Of a stretch of DNA of 64,000 nucleotides, positions 9,970-20,694 are shown one piece after another. The notes below the pieces were generated by a model. The model saw nothing but the letters and a program-made list of their open reading frames with translations. It searched no databases and was not told the DNA's origin. How positions within the stretch are numbered: the stretch's first letter is position 1; the number at the start of each line of letters is the position of its first letter. The DNA is from Alphaproteobacteria bacterium. Its GTDB lineage: Bacteria > Pseudomonadota > Alphaproteobacteria > GCA-2731375. The stretch is taken from NCBI GenBank assembly GCA_965225945.1, contig CBDDBZ010000035.1, positions 320,001-384,000 of the forward strand, in the 5' to 3' direction. Both the position numbers and the translations under genes were made by a program.

Positions 9970-11064
9970 TCAGGCCGCCTGGCCGAAGTCGATGACCGTG
10001 CGGATGACCTTGCCGTCCTTCATCGCCTGGAAGCCCTCGTTGATCTCCGCCAGAGGAATCGTGTTGGAGATCCAGTCGTCGAGGTGCAGGCGGCCCTGCA
10101 AGTAGAGCTCGATCAGCCTGGGCATGTCGACCCGGAAGCGGTTGGAGCCCATGGAGGAGCCCTGGATCTTGCGTTCGCGCAGGAAGTCGAAGCCGTGCAG
10201 CTCGATCTTCTGGCCGAAGGGCACCATGCCGACGAGCGTCGCCGTGCCGCCGATCCCCAGCATGGCGAAGGACTGCTCCGCCGTCTCCTTGAGGCCGAGG
10301 CATTCGATCGCGTGATGCACGCCGCCGCCGGTCAGCTCCTTGATTCGCTCCACCGGATCGCCGTCGGCCGGGTTGATGACCTCGGTCGCGCCGAGCTTGG
10401 TGGCGAGCTGCAGCTTCACGGGGTTGGTGTCGACGGCGATGATCCGGCCCGCGCCGGCGACATGGGCGCCGTTGATCGCCGCCATGCCGACGCCGCCGCA
10501 GCCGATCACCGCCACCGTCTCGCCGTATTTGACCTGGGCCGTGTTGACCGCCGCGCCGAAGCCGGTCATGACGCCGCAGCCGATCAGCGCCGCGCGGTCG
10601 AGCGGCATGTCCTTGCGGATTTTCACGATCGCGTTCTCGTGCACCAGCATCTGCTCGGCGAAGCTGGAGAGGTTGGTGAAGGTGTGGAGCTGGTCCGGCT
10701 TCTCCCACTCGAAGCGCTCGGCCTTGCCGGGCGGCAGTTTGACGTCGGTGTCGAGGCAGAGGTTGGGCCGGCCGGTGGTGCAGTTCTCGCAAACCCCGCA
10801 GAACACCGAGAGGCAGGTGACCACATGGTCGCCCGGTTTCACGTAGCTCACCTCGGAGCCCACCTGTTCGACGATGCAGGCGCTCTCGTGGCCCAGCACC
10901 ACCGGCAGGGGGTGGGGAAAGAGCCCCTCGATGAAGTGAAGGTCGGAGTGGCAGAGCCCGGCGACCGCGGTCCGCAGCAGCACCTCGCGGGCCGTCGGTT
11001 TGCGGACACCGACGTCCTCGATAACCAGTGGGGTGTTCACTTCGTATAGGACGGCGGCTTTCAT
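9970..11064 (-). CDS. Zn-dependent alcohol dehydrogenase
   Basis: GLCHSD, LGHE, CGVCENC..C, GCGVMTG, GCGGVG. Confidence 0.93.
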   Translation of the reverse strand: MKAAVLYEVNTPLVIEDVGVRKPTAREVLLRTAVAGLCHSDLHFIEGLFPHPLPVVLGHESACIVEQVGSEVSYVKPGDHVVTCLSVFCGVCENCTTGRPNLCLDTDVKLPPGKAERFEWEKPDQLHTFTNLSSFAEQMLVHENAIVKIRKDMPLDRAALIGCGVMTGFGAAVNTAQVKYGETVAVIGCGGVGMAAINGAHVAGAGRIIAVDTNPVKLQLATKLGATEVINPADGDPVERIKELTGGGVHHAIECLGLKETAEQSFAMLGIGGTATLVGMVPFGQKIELHGFDFLRERKIQGSSMGSNRFRVDMPRLIELYLQGRLHLDDWISNTIPLAEINEGFQAMKDGKVIRTVIDFGQAA

Positions 11065-11195
11065 CGTTTCCCTCCCTCTCGGCGCGTGATCCGGTTTCCG
11101 AGCCGAGGTTAGCGCGGATGGCGGGGCGACCGCCAGCCTTGCCCCGGAGCGCGGCGTCGGCGATGATTTCGCACCTGACCCCGAGGCGAGGCGGC

Positions 11196-12062
11196 ATGCG
11201 TTTTGAGAACGATATTCTGGGCCCCGGCTTCGCCGTCGAGATTCGCGGGTTGGATCTCGCCGGCCAGATCGACGACGAGAGTTTCGCGGCCCTGCGCGAA
11301 CTCTGGCTCCGGCACAAGGTCGCGGTCATTCGCGGCCAGAGCCTGAGCGACGATGCGCTGTACGCGCTCACCGCCCGCTTCGGGCCGCATTTCATCCACC
11401 TGCGTTCGCAGTTTCACAGCCCCGGGCGGCCGGAGATCATGCTGGTCTCCAACCTGAAGGAGGGAAATCGCGCGCTCGGTGCCTTGGGTGATGGCGTGCT
11501 GGGCTGGCACAGCGATCAGGCCTATACCCGCTGGCCGGTCTTCGGCACCCTGATGCACGCGCTGGAAGTGCCCGAGAGCGGCGGCGCCACGGAGTTCTCC
11601 GATCTCGCGGCGGCGCTCACCGGCCTGCCGGCGGCCCTTCGCCGACGGATCGAGGGCCGGCGCGTGGTGTTCTCGATCGCCGCCACAGTGAAGACCCAGG
11701 GCCTGCCGCTGCCCGCCGCTCAGCGCGAGCGGGCGCCCGACGTCAGCCATCCCTTGATTCGTGCCCATCCCCATCTCGAGCGCCCCTCGCTTTATCTCAG
11801 TCCCGACCACGCCATGGCCATCGAGGGCATGGAGGAGGACGCGGCGGGGGACTTACTGGCGGCGCTCGAGGCCCACGCCACCCGGCCCGAATATCTCTAT
11901 CGCCACGACTGGCGGGTCGGCGACGTCGTGATCTGGGACAATTGCGCCACGATGCACCGGCGCGACGACTTTCCAAGCAGCGAGCGCCGAGTGATGAAGC
12001 GCACCGGCTTCCTGCTACCCGAGGCGTTGGCGACCCCCCTCGCCGCGTCGTCACAACACTAA
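11196..12062 (+). CDS. TauD/TfdA family 2-oxoglutarate/Fe(II) dioxygenase
   Basis: WHSD, HPLIRAHP, WRVGDVVIWDN..TMHRR. Confidence 0.9.
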   Translation: MRFENDILGPGFAVEIRGLDLAGQIDDESFAALRELWLRHKVAVIRGQSLSDDALYALTARFGPHFIHLRSQFHSPGRPEIMLVSNLKEGNRALGALGDGVLGWHSDQAYTRWPVFGTLMHALEVPESGGATEFSDLAAALTGLPAALRRRIEGRRVVFSIAATVKTQGLPLPAAQRERAPDVSHPLIRAHPHLERPSLYLSPDHAMAIEGMEEDAAGDLLAALEAHATRPEYLYRHDWRVGDVVIWDNCATMHRRDDFPSSERRVMKRTGFLLPEALATPLAASSQH

Positions 12063-12073
12063 GGAGGCACCTC

Positions 12074-12832
12074 ATGGCCAAGACGCCCGACTTCTTCAAG
12101 GACAAGACCATTCTGATAACCGGCGCCGGCAGCGGCATCGGCCGGGCCACAGGCCTGGTATTCGCCCGCGAGGGCGCGAACGTCGTCTGCGCCGACATCG
12201 ACGAGGCGGCGGCGGAACGGGTCGCCAACCAGGTAATTCAGCTCGGCGCCGGCGCCACTCACATCCGATGCGACGTGACCGAGCGGGCGGAAGTGGACGC
12301 CATGGTCGCGCATGCGGTTCAGACCTTCGGCCGGGTCGATTTCGAGCTCAACGCGGCCGGCGCGGTGCTCGCCCGCAAGCCCTTCCTGGAGATCAGCGAG
12401 GAGCTCTGGGACATGTCCTATGCCTTGAACGTCAAGGGCACCTTCAATTCCGCGCAGGCGATCATCCCCCACATGCTGGAAAACGATGGCGGCGTCATCG
12501 TCAACATCGCCTCCCTCGCCATCAAGATGGGTGGCGCCGGCCATTCGGTGCATTACGCCTCCGCCAAGGGCGCGGTGGATGTGATGACCAACGGCATCGG
12601 CCGCGAGTTCGCGCGGCGCGGCGTGCGCTGCCTGTCGATTTCGCCGGGTCCGGTGGACACGCCCTTCCACGCCGCGACACCACCCGAACTTCTCGAGTCC
12701 TTCAACGAGCAAGTGCCGATGGGTCGGATGGCGACGGCGGACGAAATCGCCGAGACCGTCCTCTTCGCCTGTTCCGACGCCGCCCCCTTCATGACGGCGG
12801 ACACCATATTCGTCTCGGGCGGCATGCGTTGA
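12074..12832 (+). CDS. SDR family oxidoreductase
   Basis: TGAGSGIG, YASAK; RBS AAGGAGG. Confidence 0.92.
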   Translation: MAKTPDFFKDKTILITGAGSGIGRATGLVFAREGANVVCADIDEAAAERVANQVIQLGAGATHIRCDVTERAEVDAMVAHAVQTFGRVDFELNAAGAVLARKPFLEISEELWDMSYALNVKGTFNSAQAIIPHMLENDGGVIVNIASLAIKMGGAGHSVHYASAKGAVDVMTNGIGREFARRGVRCLSISPGPVDTPFHAATPPELLESFNEQVPMGRMATADEIAETVLFACSDAAPFMTADTIFVSGGMR

Positions 12833-12953
12833 GGCCGCCATGCGGCGCGACGGCAAGGCGGCGCCGATCACCGGCGCCGGAGGCGGCATCGCCGCCGCCT
12901 CCGCGCGAGGGGTGGCGGCCTGATAGCAAGGTGAGCGGGGAAGTGAACGACGG

Positions 12954-13508
12954 ATGCGAAAGAAAATCTATCCCCTGGCGACGATCCTCATCGTCATCTG
13001 GGTCGTCGAGGGGCTCAACCTGGCGACGGGAAACAATCTCTACGTCTGGGGCATCCTGCCGCGCGATATTTCCGGCCTGATCGGCATCCCGCTCGCGCCC
13101 TTCATCCACGGCAGCCTGCTCCACGCGATCTCCAACACCCTGCCGCTCGTCATCCTAGGCGGCCTGGTGTTGACGACGGGGGAGCGGCGTTTCGTGCCGA
13201 CCACGATCGCGATCGTCGTGCTGGGCGGATTGCTGGTCTGGCTGATGGGCCGAGGCAACTTTCACGTCGGCGCCAGCGGCCTGGTCTTCGGCTATTTCGG
13301 CGTCCTGTTGACCCGCGCGGTGATGGAACGGAGCTTCCTCAAGATGCTGGTCGGCATCGCCGTCGTACTTTTTTACGGCGGCCTCATTTTCGGCGTGCTG
13401 CCGAGCCAGCCCCATGTCTCGTTCGAATCGCACCTCTTCGGTCTGCTGGCCGGCGTCGGGATCGTCTGGCTGGAGAACAAGCTCGACGATCCGCCCGAGA
13501 AGACATAG
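12954..13508 (+). CDS. Rhomboid family intramembrane serine protease
   Basis: PFIHGSLLH..SN, HVGASG, SFESHLFG. Confidence 0.9.
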   Translation: MRKKIYPLATILIVIWVVEGLNLATGNNLYVWGILPRDISGLIGIPLAPFIHGSLLHAISNTLPLVILGGLVLTTGERRFVPTTIAIVVLGGLLVWLMGRGNFHVGASGLVFGYFGVLLTRAVMERSFLKMLVGIAVVLFYGGLIFGVLPSQPHVSFESHLFGLLAGVGIVWLENKLDDPPEKT

Positions 13509-13621
13509 AGCCTTTCAGGTCGCGCCCGCGTGGCCAATCCCGAAAGGCGCCGGGCCGGAGAGCGGGCGGGGTCGAGCCATCCCGAAAGCCGCGCCGGCGA
13601 GCGTCGCGATTCGGTCCGGGA

Positions 13622-14820
13622 CTATCTCCGCCGCGTGCCCGTCCACTCGATCGCGAGCGCCACGAGCAGCGCCAGCGCGCCGAGGCCAAAGAGCGCCACG
13701 TGGTCGCCGCTCTGTTCGAACATCCAGGAGAAGACGTAGGCGGCGATCGCCTGACCGATGGCGAACGCCGCGGTCGCCCGGCCCCAGGCGATGGCTTGGC
13801 CACCGGTATCCGGTGACGCCAGTTCGCGCACGCGACCTAATATCAAGATCACACAGCCCGGGACGGAAGCGCCGACGACGAGGCTGGAGACATGGAGGGC
13901 CAGGGTCCCGGCGCTCAGCCACGGCAGGCCGATCGCCGCCGCCTGGACGAGGAATCCCAGGCGTAGGGCCGGCGCCGCGCCGATCCGGTCGGCGATGCGG
14001 CCGGCAAGCACCGGGCCGACCAGGGCGCCAGCGCCGAACAGCACCCAATGGAAGGCGCCGGCCGGTACGCCCTGGCCCAGGCCACGGGCGACGAAATTGA
14101 CCAAGAAGACCATATGTGGCACCAGGCCGACGGCGTTCAGGCCATAGGCGAGGTAGACCGCGAGGAGGGCGCGCTCCGAACGAAAGCCAGCGGTGGCCAC
14201 CTCCCCCGCCTGGCGCACGCGGCGCCTCGTCGTGTCGGGCCATCCGCCCCAGCCGACGACCGTCAACGCCGCCGCCAGCAGGCCGAGAGCGATCCATGTC
14301 CAGAACAGCCCCGCCTCCAGGAGCATGGGCACCAGGGTGCCGGAAATTGCGATACCGAGTCCGACGCCGGTGAAGATCACGCCGCCGGCGAGGCCTCGAC
14401 GCGCCGAGGGCACGCGGGGCAACACGCTGGGTGCCGCCAGTGCCATCAAGACGCCGCCGGCGATTCCCGCGGCCAAGCGCCAGGCGAAGAACCAGACGAA
14501 GGCGAGGGGGCTTGCGCAGGCGAGAAGCGAAAGCGAGGGAGCAGCATCATCGAGCGGAGCACCAGGGGAGCGGAGAATTGCGCGGCGAGGCGTCCGGCGA
14601 GCAGCGCCCCGGCCAGGTAGCCGGCCAGATTGGCGGCGCCGAGATATGCGGCCTCGGAGCCGGTGAACCAGCCTCTCTCGACCAGGGCCGGAAGCAGCGG
14701 GGTATAGGCGAAACGGGCGAGGCCGATGCCGATCAGGAGCGCGACCAACGCGGAGATCGCGCCACGCCAAGGACCGGGCTCGGCGCTGGTCGGGGGCGGC
14801 GGAACGGCGGCGTTCTCCAT
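13622..14820 (-). pseudogene. YbfB/YjiJ-type MFS transporter with one frameshift (~14545)
   Basis: GIGLARFAYTPLLP and GAANLAGYLAG in ORF 14446..15201 continue as WRLAAGIAGG...GVGLGI in ORF 13622..14770; could be a sequencing error. Confidence 0.82.
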
Positions 14821-14874
14821 CGCTTTCGCCTCCCTCGCGGCATCGCGCGGTCTATCGGCGGCCCCGGGGCCGAG

Positions 14875-15027
14875 GGCTGGCGTCTCGCCACGGCGGAGAT
14901 CGGCTATCGCCTCCCCGGCCATCCCGCCCCGCCGCGGAGCCATATCTGGCGGGACGACGACCTGCCGCCGGACTATCCGACGCTGCAACGCTTCCACGCT
15001 TTCTGGGAAGCCAATCTGGTTGGGCCG
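14875..15027 (+). pseudogene. Degenerate usg-family remnant
   Basis: GWRLATAEIGYRLPGHP...IWRDDDLPPDYPTLQRFHAFWEANLVGP resembles the Usg pattern (TAEI.YR.PDHP...W.DYD..P.FP.L..FL.FW...GP); no start codon. Confidence 0.7.
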
Positions 15028-15088
15028 GAGAGCGGGCCGGCCTCGGGGATTTTCGACGCCGACTCCGAGGCGCCCCGGCGCGCCGATT

Positions 15089-15919
15089 TCAAGCCAGGGG
15101 CGCGAAGAAGGCGATGGTGCGGACCTCGATGCTCTCCCTCGGGCGCGCATCTTCCGGGCTCGCCGGATTGCGAAACGCCGAATGCGCGGTGAAGCGGGCA
15201 CGGCCGTCGTCTTCCGAATCGTAGCACTTCAGCAGCATGACCTCGTCAGCTCCCATCTCGGGCACGTAGTACCAACGATGGGCCGAACTGTGGCGCACCG
15301 AATAGACCTCGCCCACGCGGTCGCTATAGATCAGATCCGTCGGCACGAAGTCGTCCGGCGCCATGCTTCGGGCATCGCATACGGCGAGCGGCGCGTCCTG
15401 CACCGGCCCGCGTATCGGCCGCCAGACGTTGATCAGGCAGAAGCGGTGTTCGAGCATCGCCTCGCCATCCCCCGGCGCCAACAGGTCGCGAACCCGCTGT
15501 GGGCCGGACTTCACGGTATAGTCGTTGTGAACGAAGCGGACCGGCATCCGGGCCCCGTTGCGTCCGACCTCCGCCCGGTTGGCGTTCCGGACGTTGTGGT
15601 CGAAGACGTGAACGCGCGCGGCGCCGGTCGCCGCCTTCACCATTCGGGCCGCCTCGTCGTAATAGACCGCCTCGACCTCGCCCGCGTCGTAGAAATCGCC
15701 CACCTCGCTCTCCTGGGTCAGCAACGCGAGGCCCTGGGCGTCGAGGGTCATGGTACCGGCGACGGCCCGGATATCGCGGATCGCCATCTCGTGAGCGACG
15801 GTTCGGGGGCGGCGTACCGGGCGCCCGTCGCTGGGCGGGTCGATATAGCTCTTGGGCGCGGTTTCGCTCGGATCGAGATAGTTCAAGATCGCCGTGACGT
15901 CGGCCTGGCTCTCGGGCAT
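15089..15919 (-). CDS. CmcJ/NvfI (AsaB-like) oxidoreductase
   Basis: FDHNVR, VHNDYT, INVWRPI...DAPLAVCDA, LLKCYDS, FTAHSAF, RESIEVR. Confidence 0.88.
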   Translation of the reverse strand: MPESQADVTAILNYLDPSETAPKSYIDPPSDGRPVRRPRTVAHEMAIRDIRAVAGTMTLDAQGLALLTQESEVGDFYDAGEVEAVYYDEAARMVKAATGAARVHVFDHNVRNANRAEVGRNGARMPVRFVHNDYTVKSGPQRVRDLLAPGDGEAMLEHRFCLINVWRPIRGPVQDAPLAVCDARSMAPDDFVPTDLIYSDRVGEVYSVRHSSAHRWYYVPEMGADEVMLLKCYDSEDDGRARFTAHSAFRNPASPEDARPRESIEVRTIAFFAPLA

Positions 15920-16125
15920 GACGCGCTTCCGCTCCGTTGTCGAGGGACCACCGGCGATCCGGTGGTTCGCCTCCGCTCCGGCCGGGACCCTATCGTGGGC
16001 CGCCTTCGTCGTCCAGTTGCACCAGGCTCGCAGCCCCGAACGGAATCTCCGCCGACGTGGATCAAGCGCTCGCGAAACGGCGAGAATTGCGCTATCTTCG
16101 CGAACGAGTCGAGGGGGAGGCGCGG

Positions 16126-16482
16126 ATGAAAGATCGCCCATATCTCAAGAAGAACGTCGGCGGCGAAGAAGAGGCCGGCGAGAAGGCGAAAGTAAGGCGC
16201 GGGAAATCCGGCGTCGGCATCGACGATATCATCAACTATGTGGTTTTGATCGCCGGCGTGGCGGCGATCGCCGCGTTGCTCGCGATCCTCGGCAAGCAGA
16301 GCATCGTCTTGCTGACACTGGCGGCGCCGGCGGCGATCTTCTGCTCCGGGCTGATGTGGGTCGGCTACCTCCGCGAATGGCGACCGATGGCGGCCCGGGT
16401 CATCGCCATCGCCGGCGGCCTCTGGGGGCTGCTGATCGGCGCCCTGATCCTGGTGATCCTGAAGTTCTTCAACGCTCTATAG
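16126..16482 (+). CDS. Hypothetical membrane protein (3 TM)
   Basis: RBS GGAGG, three hydrophobic segments, GC3-biased codons. Confidence 0.7.
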   Translation: MKDRPYLKKNVGGEEEAGEKAKVRRGKSGVGIDDIINYVVLIAGVAAIAALLAILGKQSIVLLTLAAPAAIFCSGLMWVGYLREWRPMAARVIAIAGGLWGLLIGALILVILKFFNAL

Positions 16483-16635
16483 AGCGCATTGCCAGACCTG
16501 GCGGAACCGCCCGCTCCGCCTCTGGGTCACTTGCGAGGCTACCTTTCCAGGGTGGCCCGCAGCGGGCGCGAGGCGGCCGGGGAGTCGCCATTTAGGGCGG
16601 TTCGAATTATTTCACGGGCAGCTGTCTTGGCGGCC

Positions 16636-16664
16636 AAAAATTCGGGGCGCCCGAAGGCGCCCCG
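16636..16664 (-). terminator. Rho-independent terminator after the OmpA-family gene
   Basis: CGGGGCGCC-TTCG-GGCGCCCCG stem-loop followed by AATTTTT on the minus strand. Confidence 0.8.
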
Positions 16665-16690
16665 ATAATCGATCGAAGCGTCGACGCGGT

Positions 16691-17560
16691 CTATTCGAAC
16701 TCGACCTCGACGCGACGGTTGCGTTGCTCCCTGACGCCGTCGGCCGTCAGGCGTACCGGATCGTCCTCGCCGCTGAAATTGACGACGATGTTCTTGCCCG
16801 GAATGCCGCCGTCGGCGAGCAGGGCCTTCACCGCTTCCGCGCGCTCGCGAGAGAGCTTCAGGTTGTAGTCGCGGGCGCCGGAGGTATCGGTATGACCGGT
16901 GAGCCGGACAAACAGCGGCTTGTCGATCCCGTAATCCTTGAGGATCTGGATGATCGACTTGCCCGACGCCATGTTCGGCCGCGCGTCGTCGAAATCGAAG
17001 TAGACGATGTAGATGCCGTCGACGATCGTCGGCGGAGGCCCGGCGGCCATGGGCTTCGCCATGGCGGGAACCTGCGCCCGGAGCGAGTTCTCGACGAATT
17101 CCATCGCCGTCTCGAAGCTCTTGCGACAGGCGGCGATATCCTTCGGCTGAATGTTCTCTTCCTTCTCCTCCATCCAGCAGTCGAACATCGCCTGAGCACG
17201 AGCCATCGCCGTCGGGTTGGCCTTGCGGCCACCGATGTCGAGCGCGCGGGTCAGGCGCTGACGGGCGCCGGTGAGCAGGGCCACCGAGTCGCCGGGCAAC
17301 TCGCGGCTGGCGATGGTGTCCGGATTGACCACCTGGCCCTCGGCGGCATTGAGCGCCTTGGTGAAGAAGTGGTCGGAGTCACGCCAATCGTTTTCGGCCG
17401 CTTCGGCCTTGCCGAGCTGAACGTAGTTCTGCTGCAAGGCGCGGGCGAACGAATCACCCCTGTTCTCCATGCTGGCGATCTTGTCGCCGTTCATGGTTCC
17501 ACAGGCCGCAAGCAAGGTCGCAACCGCGCCGACGGCGGCAAATCGCAAGGTGAGACTCAT
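16691..17560 (-). CDS. OmpA-family lipoprotein
   Basis: Lipobox LLAAC, AQAMFDCW.EE.EEN, VYFDFD, GHTDTSG..YNLKLS..RA, NRRVE. Confidence 0.92.
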   Translation of the reverse strand: MSLTLRFAAVGAVATLLAACGTMNGDKIASMENRGDSFARALQQNYVQLGKAEAAENDWRDSDHFFTKALNAAEGQVVNPDTIASRELPGDSVALLTGARQRLTRALDIGGRKANPTAMARAQAMFDCWMEEKEENIQPKDIAACRKSFETAMEFVENSLRAQVPAMAKPMAAGPPPTIVDGIYIVYFDFDDARPNMASGKSIIQILKDYGIDKPLFVRLTGHTDTSGARDYNLKLSRERAEAVKALLADGGIPGKNIVVNFSGEDDPVRLTADGVREQRNRRVEVEFE

Positions 17561-17779
17561 GGGACCCCCCGTGTGCAAGTCTTCCAATCCCTCTGGCACA
17601 AGGCTCCGGCGGCGTCCCGCTCCCGTTCGGCGTCCACGGTCAAGCGAGTGCCAAGTCCTTGTTTGCCAACGAACACTTCGCGCGGGTTCGACGCCGCCCG
17701 CGCTCCGATAGCAGCACCCTATAACATAGAAACGCCGCCGTCACTACATCCCGACGCGACCGATGGCGATCCCGTGTCG

Positions 17780-18605
17780 TCAGGGCGGTTCGAGATCGGT
17801 CGAACCCACCCGATCCCCCGGCCCGGCGCGATCGGGAACGAGACCGCCCGAAAGCGGCTCCCCCGGCACCTCGACCCGCTGGCTCGGCAGCAACAATCGG
17901 CGGAACTGGTCGAGGGTGATGGATCGCAGCACCACATGCTTGCCCCGGGTTCGCGCGCCGACCAGCTTGGCGCCGGCCCAGCGGCGCAGCAGGGCAGCCA
18001 GGATCTCCGCGCTGCTGGCCGTTTCCGGGCCGATCAGGACTGTCGGGCTCGGCGCTGGCGGCCGTCCATCCGAAGGAAGATCGCGCCACGCAGCACCTCT
18101 CGAGCCAGCGGTTCGAAAGGCGCGGGTCACGGGTCCGGTGAAGCGGGCGGCGACCCTCACCATGCGCTCCAGGCGACCGCCGCCGTTCCGCCTGAGGTCG
18201 AGGACGATCGGCGCTCCGCCCAGGCTCGCGATCGCGCTCTCGAGCTCGGCGACGACGCGGCGACCGAAACGGTCCAGGTGGATCACCCGGCCCTCGACGG
18301 CGAGGGAGGGAAGGTGGCGTTGTCGGCGGATGCTGTCGCTGTCGGGGCTCGCCACCTCATCGACGCGAGCGCCCCCGCCATGCGCCCGGGCGATCGCCAA
18401 ACCGGCGCAAACGGCGTCCTCGCCGCAGGCCGATGCCAGGGCCGCCGCGCTCGGCAGGCGATCGGGATGGAGCGCCGCGTCCCTGGCTTCCGTCAAAATC
18501 GCGGCGAGCGGCCGCGCCGTGGCGCTCGACCAGGCCGCCGGCCCGGCCAGCGGACAAAGGACGAGGCCGACGCCAGCCGTCAGCGGTCCGCTGACTCGCG
18601 CCACT
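17780..18605 (-). CDS. S41-family (C-terminal processing) peptidase; start uncertain
   Basis: LDLRRNGGG, TASSAE, GARTRGK, GLVPD in the C-terminal part of ORF 17780..19846. Confidence 0.75.
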
Positions 18606-18732
18606 CGCCCAGCGTACCGCCCGGCCCGGCCGAACCAGTTCCCCGTGAAAAAGTCCTTCGCTTCGATCTGAATCCTTTTCCACATTCTCCAAACGGCGAA
18701 AAGGCGGCCCAGGGCGGCCGGCGAGTCGCCAT

Positions 18733-20694
18733 TTAGGGTGATGGGTATGACTCGGCGATCGAGCGCCGCAATCCCTCTATCGCCTCCGGATTGGCGAGCG
18801 AGGAGAGATCGCCCGGCGCCTCGCCGACCACGATGGCCCGCACGACGCGGCGCATGATCTTCATCGAACGGGTCTTGGGCAGATCTTCGACGAAGATCAT
18901 CCGGCTCGGCCGGAACGAGCGTCCCATGCCGCCGACCACCGCCCGGACCAGTTCGGCCGCCAAATCCTCGCTCGCCGACACCCCCGGCGCGGGCACGCAG
19001 ACGCAGCCGACCGCCTGGCCCTTGATCGAATCCGGCAGGCCGATCACGGCGGCCTCGCTGACCCGGCCGGTGGCCATCAGCAGGCCCTCGATCTCGGCCG
19101 GTCCCATGCGCTTGCCGGATACCTTGATCGTGTCGTCGGAGCGGCCGTGCACGTACCACAGCCCATCGGCGTCGCGGCTGGCCCAGTCGCCCTGGCGCCA
19201 GAGGCCGGGGAACATCTCCCAATAGGTCTCGATATAGCGCTCCGGATCCTTCCACAAGCCCCGGCTCAGGCCCATGGAGGGGTGGCGCAGCACCAGCTCG
19301 CCGACTTCGCCCGGGGCTACGCTCCGGCCGTTCTCGTCGACGATGTCGGCCGCCATGCCGGGAATCGAGCCGGCGAAGGAGCAAGGCTTCATCGCCGTCA
19401 GCAGGTTGCCGGCGATGATGCCGCCGCCGATCTCGGTGCCGCCGCACCAGTTGATGATCGGCACCCGCCGGCCGCATACGTGCTCGAAGGTCCAATGCCA
19501 GGCCTCGTCGGTCCACGGCTCGCCGGTCGAGACGACGACCCGAAGCCGGGAGAGATCGTGCCGGGCGACCTCCTCCGAGCCGTGGCGCATCAGCGTCCGG
19601 ATCGAGGTCGGTGCGGTGCCGAGGTGGGTCGCCTCGTGCTCGGCCGAGAGCCGCCACATCCGGCCGGGGTCGGGATAGTCCGGGCCGCCCTCCGCCAGCA
19701 CCAGGGTGGCGCCGAGGGCGCCGGCGGCGGCGCTGATCAGCGGCCCCACGGCCCAGCCGAAATCGGTGATCCAGAGCAGCCGGTCGCCGGGCTTCAGGTC
19801 CGCGTGGAGGTGGAAATCGCAGGCCGGCTTCACCGCCATGGCGCAATGCGTGAGAATCGTGCCCTTGGGCTTGCCGGCGGTGCCGGAGGTGTAGAGCAGG
19901 ACCGCCGGATCGTCGGCCGGCACGGCCACCGCCTCGGTCCGCGTCGCCTTGCCCGCGACCAGATCGCGCCAGGCGACGTCGCGCGACGACGTGGGCTCGA
20001 AGCCGTCGCCCAGATAGTCCGCGACGACCACATGGCGCAGCGTCGCAACCTTCTCGGCCGCCTGGTCCATGATCGATTTCATCTCGATCACCTGGCCCCG
20101 CCGGCGGCTGCCGTCGGCGGTGATCACCGCCTTCGCCTCGGCGTCGTTCAGACGGGTGGCGATCGCCTCCGGCCCGAAGCCGCTAAAGAGCGGCACCACG
20201 ACCGCGCCGATGTGGGTGACGGCGAAGAAGGCGGCTACCACCTCCAGGCTCATCGGCAGGAAGAGGCCGATGGCGTCCCCCCGGCCGAGGCCGAGCGAGA
20301 TCAACCCCTCGGCCAGACGGCAGGTCTCCGCGTCGAGTTCGCCGTAGGTCCAACGCCGGACCTCGCCGGTTTCAGACTCCCAGATCACCGCCGGCAGGGC
20401 CTCGATCTCGGAGCCCCGATGGCGGCTGAGACAGGCCATGGTCAGGTTGGTCTCGCCGCCCTCGCACCACTTGGGCCAGGGCTTGCCGTCGGAGAGATCG
20501 AGAACCGTGCGGTAGGGCTTGGCGAAGGGCGTGCCCAGGGTCTCGATGATCGCGTTCCAGAACCACTCGGGTTCGGCGTCCGAGCGGGCCACCAGGTCGG
20601 CATAGGTCTCGATCCCGTGCCGGCGCATGAAGGCCATCATGTTGGAGCGTTCCACCGCTTCCCTGTCCGGGTGCCAGACGAACGCGTCGGTCAT
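18733..20694 (-). CDS. Acetate/acyl-CoA ligase (AMP-forming)
   Basis: YTSGTAGKPKG, GGTEIGG, GRSDDTIKVSGKR, LPKTRSMKIMRR. Confidence 0.93.
   Translation of the reverse strand: MTDAFVWHPDREAVERSNMMAFMRRHGIETYADLVARSDAEPEWFWNAIIETLGTPFAKPYRTVLDLSDGKPWPKWCEGGETNLTMACLSRHRGSEIEALPAVIWESETGEVRRWTYGELDAETCRLAEGLISLGLGRGDAIGLFLPMSLEVVAAFFAVTHIGAVVVPLFSGFGPEAIATRLNDAEAKAVITADGSRRRGQVIEMKSIMDQAAEKVATLRHVVVADYLGDGFEPTSSRDVAWRDLVAGKATRTEAVAVPADDPAVLLYTSGTAGKPKGTILTHCAMAVKPACDFHLHADLKPGDRLLWITDFGWAVGPLISAAAGALGATLVLAEGGPDYPDPGRMWRLSAEHEATHLGTAPTSIRTLMRHGSEEVARHDLSRLRVVVSTGEPWTDEAWHWTFEHVCGRRVPIINWCGGTEIGGGIIAGNLLTAMKPCSFAGSIPGMAADIVDENGRSVAPGEVGELVLRHPSMGLSRGLWKDPERYIETYWEMFPGLWRQGDWASRDADGLWYVHGRSDDTIKVSGKRMGPAEIEGLLMATGRVSEAAVIGLPDSIKGQAVGCVCVPAPGVSASEDLAAELVRAVVGGMGRSFRPSRMIFVEDLPKTRSMKIMRRVVRAIVVGEAPGDLSSLANPEAIEGLRRSIAESYPSP

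Noticed and set aside
16724-18736. 670-aa plus-strand ORF, and similar long ORFs such as 8237..9880 (N-part), 19147..20700, 47552..49537, 52096..53847 and 61830..63815
   Set aside because: Shadow or alternate frames of well-supported genes; Arg/Gly/Pro-rich, motif-free, and expected in high-GC DNA
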